Source: an uncultured bacterium (GTDB lineage: Bacteria > Fidelibacterota > Marinisomatia > Marinisomatales > JAHJCW01). From it: a DNA stretch of 64,000 nt. The stretch lies in the NCBI GenBank assembly GCA_963715945.1, contig CAVQSL010000015.1:270955-334954 (forward strand), given 5' to 3'. This document shows, piece after piece, positions 39,697 through 48,787 of the stretch. The notes beneath the pieces are model-generated. The model ran no database searches. It saw only the letters and a program-made list of their open reading frames with translations, and was not told the DNA's origin. Both the position numbers and the translations under genes were made by a program. Numbering within the stretch: position 1 is the stretch's first letter; each line of letters starts with the position of its first letter.

Positions 39697-40096
39697 CTAT
39701 AGTTCGTTATGACATGCAAAGCAACTTACTTCAGCAACCCCACCAGATAAATCTTGTTCCATGACAAGCTTTACATGTCTGAATATCTTCTTTGCCGTGA
39801 AAGTTAGCACCATCAGGTAATCCCACCCAAATACTAAATGCCGGATGCCCGCTTGGTCCACCAGCATGGCATTTATAACATGATACACCGCTAGTACCAC
39901 CAAAATAATCATGTTTTTCTAGTCCACCATGGCAAGCTTTACATTCTTCAGTTCCTGTTACAGCAATTTTTGCCATATGCGAATTTTCGGAACTAGGGTC
40001 ATTCCAATCACTTGGATGCATTGTTGGTTCGCCAAGCTTTGTACAGCCTGTTACAAGAAATATTATAAAAGATAATATTAGAATTTTTTTCATCAT
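39697..40096 (-). CDS. tetraheme cytochrome c lipoprotein, one frame break near 39740
   Basis: The start MMKKILILSFIIFLVTGC|T contains a lipobox, and its ATG overlaps the upstream TGA. Heme motifs are CKACH, CYKCH and CKACH, with CFACH in the terminal fragment (ORF 39697..39912). Confidence 0.65.
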
Positions 40097-40938
40097 CAAT
40101 CTCCTGTATGGCATTTTAGACAAGAGGAATCTTTTGATGGAATGTGACAAGTGGCACAGAGTTCAGCTTCACTTGCCGCAAATTCTCCGTGTAATCCGCC
40201 ACCTTTAACAGTGACCCAATTATGAAAATTATGATTCATCGGCATTACTTGATTCTCGACATGGCAGGAATAACAATCTTCAATAATTTCATGACAAGTT
40301 GAACATTCCATAACACCTGCTTTTGCCTCAAAACCGTGCGTAAACATATAATCAACCGGATGTGTTTCCGGTGTGTACTGTTGAAGCTGATGACATTCTT
40401 CACAACTATTATTGGTATGGCATAATGCACAATTGCTTTCGGTGCTGCTATTCATTTCTGCGCCATGTATTTCTTTCCATGCTAAATTATGAGTTTTTGG
40501 ACCTTTATCTAAATTCATATGGCAGGACTGACAGTCGGATTCATTCCAAACATTTGGATATCCAATTTCACTGTCATTATCAATATAGCTATGGCACTTA
40601 CTACAATCATCAGTATTTGCTAAATGAACATTGTGTGAAAAACCAAGGTTACTAGTCGTCCAACTTTTGCTGATTGGCAACGGTCCATCAGGATTTGCGT
40701 GGCAATATTCACAATGCTCCTGTGGCAGTATCTCCGTCATGACACTCTATACATAAATCCATCTTCGGGAAAATAGTCCATGACTGTCCCTCTGCTTCAG
40801 CAACACCGGTGTGACATTCACTGCAGGACAATTCCATGTCCTCTACATGTAAACTATGTTGGAAGAGTATCCGTCTTTATCTTGACCAAAAACAAAAATT
40901 AACGGTATTAAAAATACACTTATCTTAAAACGCCACAT
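40096..40938 (-). pseudogene. 11-heme periplasmic c-type cytochrome (MtrA-like heme density), two frame breaks
   Basis: The ATG at 40938 gives signal peptide MWRFKISVFLIPLIFVFGQ. A bridging frame carries CSECH and CIECH. ORF 40096..40740 carries 9 more CXXCH. The whole protein is about 280 aa. Confidence 0.65.
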
Positions 40939-42131
40939 TTATTATTATACCTCCTCTTCCATCTTGTTCAAAGTAGGGATTTGTTGAAAATCGTCCGTAT
41001 AGTTTCAACATTATAAAATCTTTTGGTTGCCAACCTACCCATCCATAAGCACCTGATGATGATTTAAGATCGGCAAAATCGCCATAATCTAAAGCATTTA
41101 ATGATACGCTTCCACCAAAACTTAACGGTCCACTCAGTTTATGTGTAGCGCCCAAAATTAGTCCGAACATCTTATTATCGCCTTCAAGTCCGCCCAATAT
41201 TGAAGCCTGAATTTTTTTATAATTGACAGAGCTGACTAAAAAACTTTTTCCCTCTTCCGCAAGGCGATAGGAAAGTTGATTGCGCCATAATAAATCATTG
41301 GCAATCAAAGAATTAACATCAAATGTGATAGTGGGGGCAATCCCAATCTTATCACTAAGTGTTTCAAAATCAGTAAAATATTCAAATCTTTTTTGTCGGA
41401 AACCTAAACCTAAAGTATGGTCTCCAATTTTTTTACTAAGGCGAATCCTTGCATAATTTAATTTTGTTTCGCCTATATCAAATGCTATCGCATTAGAAAT
41501 GCGGATGCCAAATTTTGATGTATTAAAATATATTCCAGTAAATGGGTTAATTCCATCAGCATCGCCTTTCATCCAAAAGGATACTGCAAGATTCTTTCCT
41601 ATGCGTCCTTTTGACCAAGCTGCCATGAAATATGTATTATCTGTAAATAATGTGTCGCTAAAATCTGTTACTGCTTTTAATCCGCCGATCAAACTAAGAG
41701 TGCCTAATTTTTCTGTATTTAGGTCAAACTGTGCACCATCAACACGAGTATTCTGCAATGCGTTCCAAATTGCAATGCGGCCAACTGATAGTTCATGCTT
41801 GCCAATATCAAGATCGGCTGTTAAATGATGAACTCGGAGAGGATTTTGGAAATGATCGTTCTCAGAGCCATATTCGAACAATGCATCAACCCCAAACTTA
41901 CTGCCGAATTTCTGATCGTAGCTGAACTAGACTGCGCCAATGTGCCTGTTCTTCTGCGTCTGTCATACTAAGGCGCGGATACATAGCGGATGATGAAATT
42001 GATATATTTGGTTTTGAACCAAATACAGTTGAAACATTAAGAATAACAATTAACAAAAGGAGTTTTGTTGACAATATGATTTTTCTTTTTGATTTCAATT
42101 TAAAATATTTCATCATCCGCCTATTTTTCAT
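40925..42131 (-). CDS. outer-membrane beta-barrel protein (porin-like, about 400 aa), one frame break near 41920
   Basis: ORF 41898..42131 supplies the signal sequence (LLLLIVILNVSTVFG). ORF 40925..41881 shows alternating hydrophobic strands, is Gly/aromatic-rich, and ends in ...GGIIINVAF, the C-terminal Phe typical of barrel proteins. Confidence 0.55.
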
Positions 42132-42143
42132 TTTAATTATATA

Positions 42144-43121
42144 TTAAGACCCAGTTACATAGTTAAACTCACCAGGTGCGGACCACTTATGACTTTGTAA
42201 ATCGTCATAAATCATGCCATTTGCACTGAATTTGAGAGTTTTAGCATTATAACCTAGGGCGTTTAACCACGCTGCAATCACTGAAGCAGTTTGTCCTGAC
42301 CAACAATAGATAACAATTTCTGCATCAGGATCCAATATGTTTAAATTTGCAATATTCAACTCACCCGGTGTAAGCTGGTACGCTCCAGCAATATGTCCAT
42401 AAAGGTCCCAATCGGCTTTGCTCCAATAACAATATATATCGAAGGCTGATGGGTTTGCCAGAACATCTGTATTATTAATTCCATTAAGACCGTCAACCAC
42501 TGAATTTGCAATCTGATAATCAAGAATTGCCGCGCCATCTTCAGAGCCTGAATCCAATTCAGGTGTGTCATCATAATTTGGTAATGTAGTTGAGGCATCA
42601 TCATCTATCCAACTACCAGGATAATCATTAGCTTTATTACCAATCAAATTATCCCACAAATTGAAATCACTGTGCCAACTGCTCATACCCCAGAGTAATG
42701 ATTGAGCAGATACGCCAGCTAAACGTAATGCTGCAACACCATGACCTGAATCGTGACCACTATAACAAGCAACAACAACTGGTAGGTTGTTAGTGTTATT
42801 TGCAGCTTCATATGCAACCACATCAGCAAGTGCTACACTGTGAGCTCCTGTTATATGTCCATCTTCAAAATCTGGAGTACCTGCAAAGTATTTGTCACCT
42901 TTGCGAATATCCATGATGAAGTAGCCTGCCGGATTGGCATTCACAGTTGCTGCAGATACGCCCCAACCATTTAATATTTCTGGTAGGTCTAAATTGTTCT
43001 CAAGCATGAAATCAACCATTTCATCAAACTCAACAACACCATCTTCATTTTTATCGCAACCCGCCATGAAAAAAGCGAACATCACGATCAATATGAAATA
43101 CAATACTTTTTTTGTTTTCAT
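42144..43121 (-). CDS. periplasmic lipoprotein with two rhodanese-like domains
   Basis: 325-aa ORF with lipobox FFMAGC|D. There are two active-site-loop-like segments, VVVACYSGHDSGHG and IVIYCWSGQTASV. Confidence 0.7.
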   Translation of the reverse strand: MKTKKVLYFILIVMFAFFMAGCDKNEDGVVEFDEMVDFMLENNLDLPEILNGWGVSAATVNANPAGYFIMDIRKGDKYFAGTPDFEDGHITGAHSVALADVVAYEAANNTNNLPVVVACYSGHDSGHGVAALRLAGVSAQSLLWGMSSWHSDFNLWDNLIGNKANDYPGSWIDDDASTTLPNYDDTPELDSGSEDGAAILDYQIANSVVDGLNGINNTDVLANPSAFDIYCYWSKADWDLYGHIAGAYQLTPGELNIANLNILDPDAEIVIYCWSGQTASVIAAWLNALGYNAKTLKFSANGMIYDDLQSHKWSAPGEFNYVTGS

Positions 43122-43148
43122 TTATTATTTGTTCCTATCTTTTGTTTA

Positions 43149-44600
43149 TTAAGGTTTTTGCCAAGTATTTGGCACTTTATCATCAACTACTACAGATGTA
43201 TTTGCTATCACTTCATCTGGATAATCACTTTCTACATCACTTTTCCATAAGAATAATTCCGAATTTGCATCTGCATTGATACCCTGGGCATGGCAATTTA
43301 AAAAACAATAACCGCCGCCTGTAGTATCGGTTTGTTGTGTAAATCTTTTTATGTTATGCGGGCTTGAATATTCCCAAGTTGGACGCACATCATAATTTGC
43401 TAATTGGTCGTGCCCCCAAGGTCTATAGCTATCTCTAACTATCGGGATATGCCGTACAACGATAAATTTTCCGTCGTGTAAATCTTGGTTATAATTGTAA
43501 CCAATTTTAAAATCAGGATATTCTTTATAATCTCCTGCTCCGGTATGTACATCAGTTTCATCATGAGATTCTGCATAACCTGTTTGCCACCATTCGGATA
43601 AATCTCCACTAGGATCTTTAGTATGACAGCTATTGCAGTTCCTATATGGTTGCGAATGGCACACAAAGCATGCCAACCCTTCCCCCTGTCCCGGCCAGTG
43701 TACCTGATGATAAAAGTTTGGTGTCTCTAAATAGCTATGACAGTCTTCGCAATTTGGAAGGTCAGGCAGATGATAACGTGTAGCACTACCACTTGCATCA
43801 GCATGCATATTTTCCTTATGGCAATCCAAACATGTCATATATTTTGTTGAATGAATATCAGGATCGTTCCCTACCAAATGTCCTTCAAAATCAGTTGCAA
43901 TTCTGCTACCATGACAAGCAAGGCAGTTGTTGGTTTGGTCCGGTGACTTTTTAAAACGATGACTTTCTATAAATCCGCCTGCAGCACTGTTAGGTCTACT
44001 TACGTGGCATTGTCCGCAAGTAGTATGACAACTCATACACTCCCTATCAAATCCTTCGGTTAACTCTGCCGGCAATCCATTAAAATTATTATGGTCTTTG
44101 TCTGCCCCCAACTCCCGCTGAGCAATGGTTGTTTGTTCTCCCCAAAGCTTAGAGTGCATACTATTGGCATTGGTAGCGACTATATCTTTATGGCAAGGAC
44201 TACAATTAGATTCAGCATCCATTGAGGGATCTCTTACAAAACCAAAATTTTCAGCGTCATGAGCTGTAGCAAATTCTGCCGGTTCTTTACCGCCGTGGCA
44301 CGTTACACAGCCAATTAAAGCATGCGCTTTATCAATATCTGCGTATGATTTTTGTCTTCCAACCAATTTGATAAAAACTTTTTCCCATGGTTCCAACGGA
44401 ACCACTTCGCCGCCTCATCCACCACCACTGCCACCTGTTGCTTCACCCGTTGCGTACATTTTTAAAGTTGATTCACTAGTGTGGCAACCTTCGCAAGTTG
44501 ATGGGTCTCCCAAATCAACTGTTTCGTGACCGGGATCACAAGCAATCCACAAAAGTGATAATAAAGGAACGGCTATTATTTTAATTTTTTTCATCATCAT
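43149..44600 (-). CDS. decaheme c-type cytochrome lipoprotein, interrupted by one in-frame TGA (44415-44417)
   Basis: ORF 44415..44600 (lipobox LLWIAC|D, CEGCH) and ORF 43149..44405 (9 CXXCH plus one CFLNCH) are in the same frame. They are separated only by GGSGGG-TGA-GGE. Confidence 0.75.
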
Positions 44601-45033
44601 CTATTACAACATACATTTTATTTAGTTTACCTGCGCTGCAGGCATATTTATATACTTCGCAATCGCGACAGCTCGATTCACGACAAACTTTTGAACCTTG
44701 GTCGGTTAATGTCCAACATACTACCAGGCCATTTTTATATGCTTTACAGGCCTCACAGTCTGTTTTAGAACATTTACTTTTTATTTTCCAACACGGCATT
44801 AAAGCTAACAATGTGCGGACACCTGCAATGTTCATCTTGTTCTCAGTTATCTGCTCGCGGAAACACTGTATCCATTCTAGATCTCTTTCGGAATAAAGTC
44901 GGTGACCCGATGGGGTTTTATGGGCAATTACTAACCCTTCCCTTTCATATAGTCGCAATAATTCTGGAGAAACACCAAGTTTACTGGCAGCCATGCCGAT
45001 ACCAAGCAACGGTTCGTTTGAATCAAATGTCAT
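44581..45033 (-). CDS. MerR-family transcriptional regulator with Cys-rich C-terminal domain
   Basis: 150-aa ORF with a MerR HTH (IGMAASKLGVSPELLRLYEREGLV...SGHRLYSERDL). There are 10 Cys in the last 85 aa or so, including a duplicated CX4CX2C motif (CSKTDCEAC, CRESSCRDC). Confidence 0.75.
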   Translation of the reverse strand: MTFDSNEPLLGIGMAASKLGVSPELLRLYEREGLVIAHKTPSGHRLYSERDLEWIQCFREQITENKMNIAGVRTLLALMPCWKIKSKCSKTDCEACKAYKNGLVVCWTLTDQGSKVCRESSCRDCEVYKYACSAGKLNKMYVVIDDDEKN

Positions 45034-45070
45034 ATTTTTCTCACTACTATACGTTTTTTAATAAACTAAA

Positions 45071-45099
45071 AGCATATACTGTTGGAAAGTTAAAGTCAA
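45071..45099 (-). promoter_or_regulatory. candidate sigma70-type promoter of the MerR/cytochrome operon
   Basis: On the minus strand, TTGACT (45099-45094) and TATGCT (45076-45071) are separated by a 17-nt spacer. The element lies about 40 nt upstream of the MerR ATG. Promoter consensus for this lineage is unknown. Confidence 0.3.
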
Positions 45100-45110
45100 C
45101 AATACAGATA

Positions 45111-45134
45111 ATACAAGATTTATTTATCTTGTAT
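45111..45134. other. 9-bp-stem hairpin just downstream of the DUF4249-like gene (weak terminator candidate)
   Basis: atacaagat (45111-45119) pairs with atcttgtat (45126-45134). There is no strong T-run. Confidence 0.3.
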
Positions 45135-45139
45135 TCGTA

Positions 45140-46234
45140 TTATAAATTTATATTTCTTACGTATAGATTTGTAAGGGTGGCCGAACCAACAATGCCGAGA
45201 ATTACTTTGCCGTTTTTATCTCGTATATTGGACAATGCCTCATCTCGAAGGGGTAAACTTGATATAAAATATTGACTATAAAAACTGTCAAGAATTGATA
45301 CCGTTACTTGTGATAATCCTAGGGGGAACATACTCGGAACTAATTCAAAAATTGAGTATCCGAGTTGGTCAGATATGCTCGGTGGGAAAAATGCGCTGTG
45401 TGAAAAAATTAATGAATCACTATTTATAACTTCTCTAAATGTAAAATTACCAAGCGATACATTATCGTTAGTTAAAAATTGAACTAAATCATTCGCATTA
45501 GACCTTAGCAATAGAGTGTCAGCCTCCCAAGTAGTTCCCTCCAAAACCAGTTCTGCCGGAGGGAGCGGAATTGTACTGCCGGTAATTATATTATTGTCTG
45601 CCGTTGTGATTTGAAATTCATATTCTTTTCCAAATTCAATTTGAACGTTTACATATTGTTCTAAGGGTTTGTATCCGCCGTAAGTAAATAGTTCTATGTA
45701 ATCAATTACTTCTTGAGACTCAGATCCAATGCTAACTTCACGACGGAATTCTTCAATTGTACCAGCGTTTTTCTTCCATCCAAATTCTGCAATTAAATTA
45801 CCGGAAGACTTCTCAATTAATAAAATCGATGTCATGGTCGAATCATGAATTAAGGGTAGAATCTCTGCATAATCATCCACATGCGGCTCACCCTTGTTGG
45901 GGATGCCATTACCTCTACCACCATCTTTGCCGCCAACATCATCATTTAGCGGCTCGCCCTCGTCCCATTTTCCATTACCGTTCTCATCAGTATAGCCGAC
46001 CCAATCTCCATTATCATCTAAACCGTTAAATAATGATGTGTCGGTAACTAGAATTGTTTTATCAACACGAACAATCGAATTCATAAAGTCAGTCGGATTT
46101 AAAATTGCTTCGACGCGCAATTCACTAGTGTATGAACTAAAATCATCTGAAAATTCGGCAATACTAAGCTCCTTTCTACAACCGCTAATTCCAATTAATA
46201 TTGATATAATCAGTATTTTACGAATTACTTTCAT
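45140..46234 (-). CDS. DUF4249-like lipoprotein partnered with a TonB-dependent receptor
   Basis: 364-aa ORF with lipobox LIGISGC|R, an Asp/Gly-rich calcium-binding-like stretch (DDNGDWVGYTDENGNGKWDEGEPLNDD), and a start that overlaps the receptor stop. Confidence 0.4.
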   Translation of the reverse strand: MKVIRKILIISILIGISGCRKELSIAEFSDDFSSYTSELRVEAILNPTDFMNSIVRVDKTILVTDTSLFNGLDDNGDWVGYTDENGNGKWDEGEPLNDDVGGKDGGRGNGIPNKGEPHVDDYAEILPLIHDSTMTSILLIEKSSGNLIAEFGWKKNAGTIEEFRREVSIGSESQEVIDYIELFTYGGYKPLEQYVNVQIEFGKEYEFQITTADNNIITGSTIPLPPAELVLEGTTWEADTLLLRSNANDLVQFLTNDNVSLGNFTFREVINSDSLIFSHSAFFPPSISDQLGYSIFELVPSMFPLGLSQVTVSILDSFYSQYFISSLPLRDEALSNIRDKNGKVILGIVGSATLTNLYVRNINL

Positions 46235-48612
46235 CAGAATTTAAATTCCACTCCTAATGACGGAAAAAATGGGAACATACCAATAGCCGTAACTGAATCG
46301 TTCTCTAAGTCCCAATCATATAATAATGTATTAAAATGATTAGTAACATTGATAATCTGAAATTTGAAATTGCCATCCCAACCAAAAGGAGTTATTTTGC
46401 GTGCCCAACTCACATCTAAACGAAGATACATCGGGTATCGTGCGGAATTTTTCAAGCCAGTCAATTCAACTAAATTTCCATAAGGATTATTATAAGTATC
46501 GCCGCCACCTTGTCCCGAACTTAAATTTTGTGTATATGTATAACCGACCGTTGGAGTGTAGGGTCGGCCGCTGCTATTACTGATTGTAAATCCAAAATTA
46601 TTTTTTTTGTTTAACGAGTAATTTGCAATAACATTTAAGGTATGAGGTTGGTCGGATTGCGGTGCGAATATTTCACCAAATTCTTCGGTAATTTTATCAT
46701 CGCTGTTAAAATCATATTTTTGACGATTGTAGATATAAGAATAACCAATCCAACCCGTTAGCTTACCAATGTTTTTACGTAATAAAAGTTCAATGCCATA
46801 TACTTCCCCAGTTCCCTCGATATAATCATCATTCAGATCAATCGGATTATTATTTGGATTATTTGTAAGCACATTATCATATGGTTTATAATATCCTTCT
46901 AGACTTGCAAAATAACCGCTTCCAAGCCATTGCTCAATGCCTAAAATATATTGCTGCATTGATTTTGCTTTATAATTTTCAGGAATCGGCTGCCAAAAAT
47001 CAACTATATTTAAAATTGCGTCATCATCATTTGTCGTAAATATAAATTGATTGTATTTGCCCCAGGCTCCTTTCAAGGCCAAATTTTCATTTAATAAATA
47101 TTTAAAACCTATGCGAGGCTCAAGGTAATAATTGTCATGTAATTCATATTTTGAAATTCGCAAACCAGGTTGAAATGTTAACAATGGGGATATTTGCCAC
47201 TTGTCCTGTAAATAGGAACTAAAGATATATGGTTTTTGATTTTGATTAAAATATGTTACATCATCTACACCAAACTTAAATTGCATACCTAATTGTTTAT
47301 ATTCAAAACCTGCGGTAAGAGTGTGTTTATTAGATATGTACCAATCCAATTTTTCTTTCACGGTCCAATCATTTATTTCGTTAAAAACGACGATCCTACT
47401 TGTTTGAGTATTGCCGACAGAATCTTGTTCAGAAATACTTAAATTCACATCGAATTGAAAATTTGTATTGGCAATCGATAACGTTGATAGGAATTTCGAA
47501 TTTGGTACATAACGCCATTGCAGGCTATTGGTGAAATTTCCCCAATCCCAATCAAAATTGACTTTATCATCGGATTCACCCAAGTTCATACTTAAAACAT
47601 CACGTCCTAGGTAGGTAGAAAATGTCAATCTGTTTTTCGATGACATATTATGAATGAATTTGCCCTGCGTATCCCAAAAATAATATTTCCAATCCAAATC
47701 GCTAGAATTTGGTTTAATTCTATAATATAGTCCGGCTAACTTATCAAAATAAGTCCGCCGATATGACCACATCCATGAACCTTTATATAGCGGTCCTTCG
47801 ACAAGGATCTTTGAACTCAGCAAACTAACTTCTCCTTGCAATTGACTTATATCCCAATATTTGCCAAAACCTTTGCCGTTAAATAATTTGCCGTTCTTTG
47901 AGTTGCCTTCTTTCGATGTGATTTGCAAAACAGATGAAACTCGGTTTCCAAAATTCGCCGGAAAACCACCGGCGACGAACTCTGCGTCGGAAATCGCATT
48001 TGCATTAAAAGTAGAAAACACTCCGCCTAAATGATATGGATTATATAGCTCGATGCCATCCAATAAAATCAGATTCTCGTCGGTACTACCGCCGCGCACA
48101 ACCAAGGCTGATGAAAAATCATTTGTCGAAGTTACACCAGGCAAAAGCTGAAGTGTGCGGAACAGGTCAGCTTCTACAAATGCAGGGGCATTTTTTATCT
48201 CACGCAACCCTAGATTAATTCTGCTGACTTCTACCTTTTCTTTAAAGCGCTGACGTTCAGCAGTAACGGTTATATCTTCCCCAGTTATTACAGTTGTTGA
48301 AAGTTCAAAGTCATGACGTTGGTCATCATTGGAAGAAATATTTAGCTCTAATGATTCTGTTTTATAACCCATCATCATGATCTTAAGGTTATGTTCACCG
48401 GTGGGTATATTTGTGATTACAAAGTATCCATGATTGTCTGAAGCTGTTCCTAGGTCAGTTCCCCCCAATACCACATTGGCATACATTATCGGCTCACCAG
48501 TAGAAGCATCTTTTAAGTAACCGCTAATTCGACCAAAATCACTCTGGGCACTTAAGATTGTTATCCAAGCGATAATAATAGCTATTGTTTTTGAATATTT
48601 TAAGAAAATCAT
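46234..48612 (-). CDS. TonB-dependent receptor with carboxypeptidase-regulatory-like N-terminal domain
   Basis: 792-aa ORF. Motifs include GYLKDASTGEPIMYANVVLGGTDLGTASDNHGYFVI and the plug segment (VVRGGSTDENLILLDGIELYNPYHLGG). The long barrel ends in ...GVEFKF. Confidence 0.8.
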   Translation of the reverse strand: MIFLKYSKTIAIIIAWITILSAQSDFGRISGYLKDASTGEPIMYANVVLGGTDLGTASDNHGYFVITNIPTGEHNLKIMMMGYKTESLELNISSNDDQRHDFELSTTVITGEDITVTAERQRFKEKVEVSRINLGLREIKNAPAFVEADLFRTLQLLPGVTSTNDFSSALVVRGGSTDENLILLDGIELYNPYHLGGVFSTFNANAISDAEFVAGGFPANFGNRVSSVLQITSKEGNSKNGKLFNGKGFGKYWDISQLQGEVSLLSSKILVEGPLYKGSWMWSYRRTYFDKLAGLYYRIKPNSSDLDWKYYFWDTQGKFIHNMSSKNRLTFSTYLGRDVLSMNLGESDDKVNFDWDWGNFTNSLQWRYVPNSKFLSTLSIANTNFQFDVNLSISEQDSVGNTQTSRIVVFNEINDWTVKEKLDWYISNKHTLTAGFEYKQLGMQFKFGVDDVTYFNQNQKPYIFSSYLQDKWQISPLLTFQPGLRISKYELHDNYYLEPRIGFKYLLNENLALKGAWGKYNQFIFTTNDDDAILNIVDFWQPIPENYKAKSMQQYILGIEQWLGSGYFASLEGYYKPYDNVLTNNPNNNPIDLNDDYIEGTGEVYGIELLLRKNIGKLTGWIGYSYIYNRQKYDFNSDDKITEEFGEIFAPQSDQPHTLNVIANYSLNKKNNFGFTISNSSGRPYTPTVGYTYTQNLSSGQGGGDTYNNPYGNLVELTGLKNSARYPMYLRLDVSWARKITPFGWDGNFKFQIINVTNHFNTLLYDWDLENDSVTAIGMFPFFPSLGVEFKF

Positions 48613-48787
48613 ATTTTCATAATTATTAAGGAATCTAATTAAAACTTACACATTAATTTAGACCATGTTCCATTTTAATAATGATGGAAAATCATCATGA
48701 TAGATTCAATTAGTATTAATATTCTATAAAATAGTTGAAACGAATAGGTGTGTTACGGTTAAATTTTGAATCTTTTTAATAGATTAC

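Noticed and set aside
27857-44417. Genome-wide TGA reassignment (code 4 or 25) as an explanation for the in-frame TGA at 44415.
   Set aside because: TGA is used as a plausible genuine stop at tightly coupled junctions, namely the ATGA overlap at 27857-27860 and TGATG at 40094-40098. That makes a global reassignment unlikely.
29185-44600. Reading the island as a polysulfide/thiosulfate reductase (PsrABC), nitrite reductase (NrfAH) or HAO/Otr locus.
   Set aside because: There is no molybdopterin catalytic subunit. I saw no CXXCK lysine-ligated heme motif and no recognisable HAO-type features. Only the electron-transfer parts are present.
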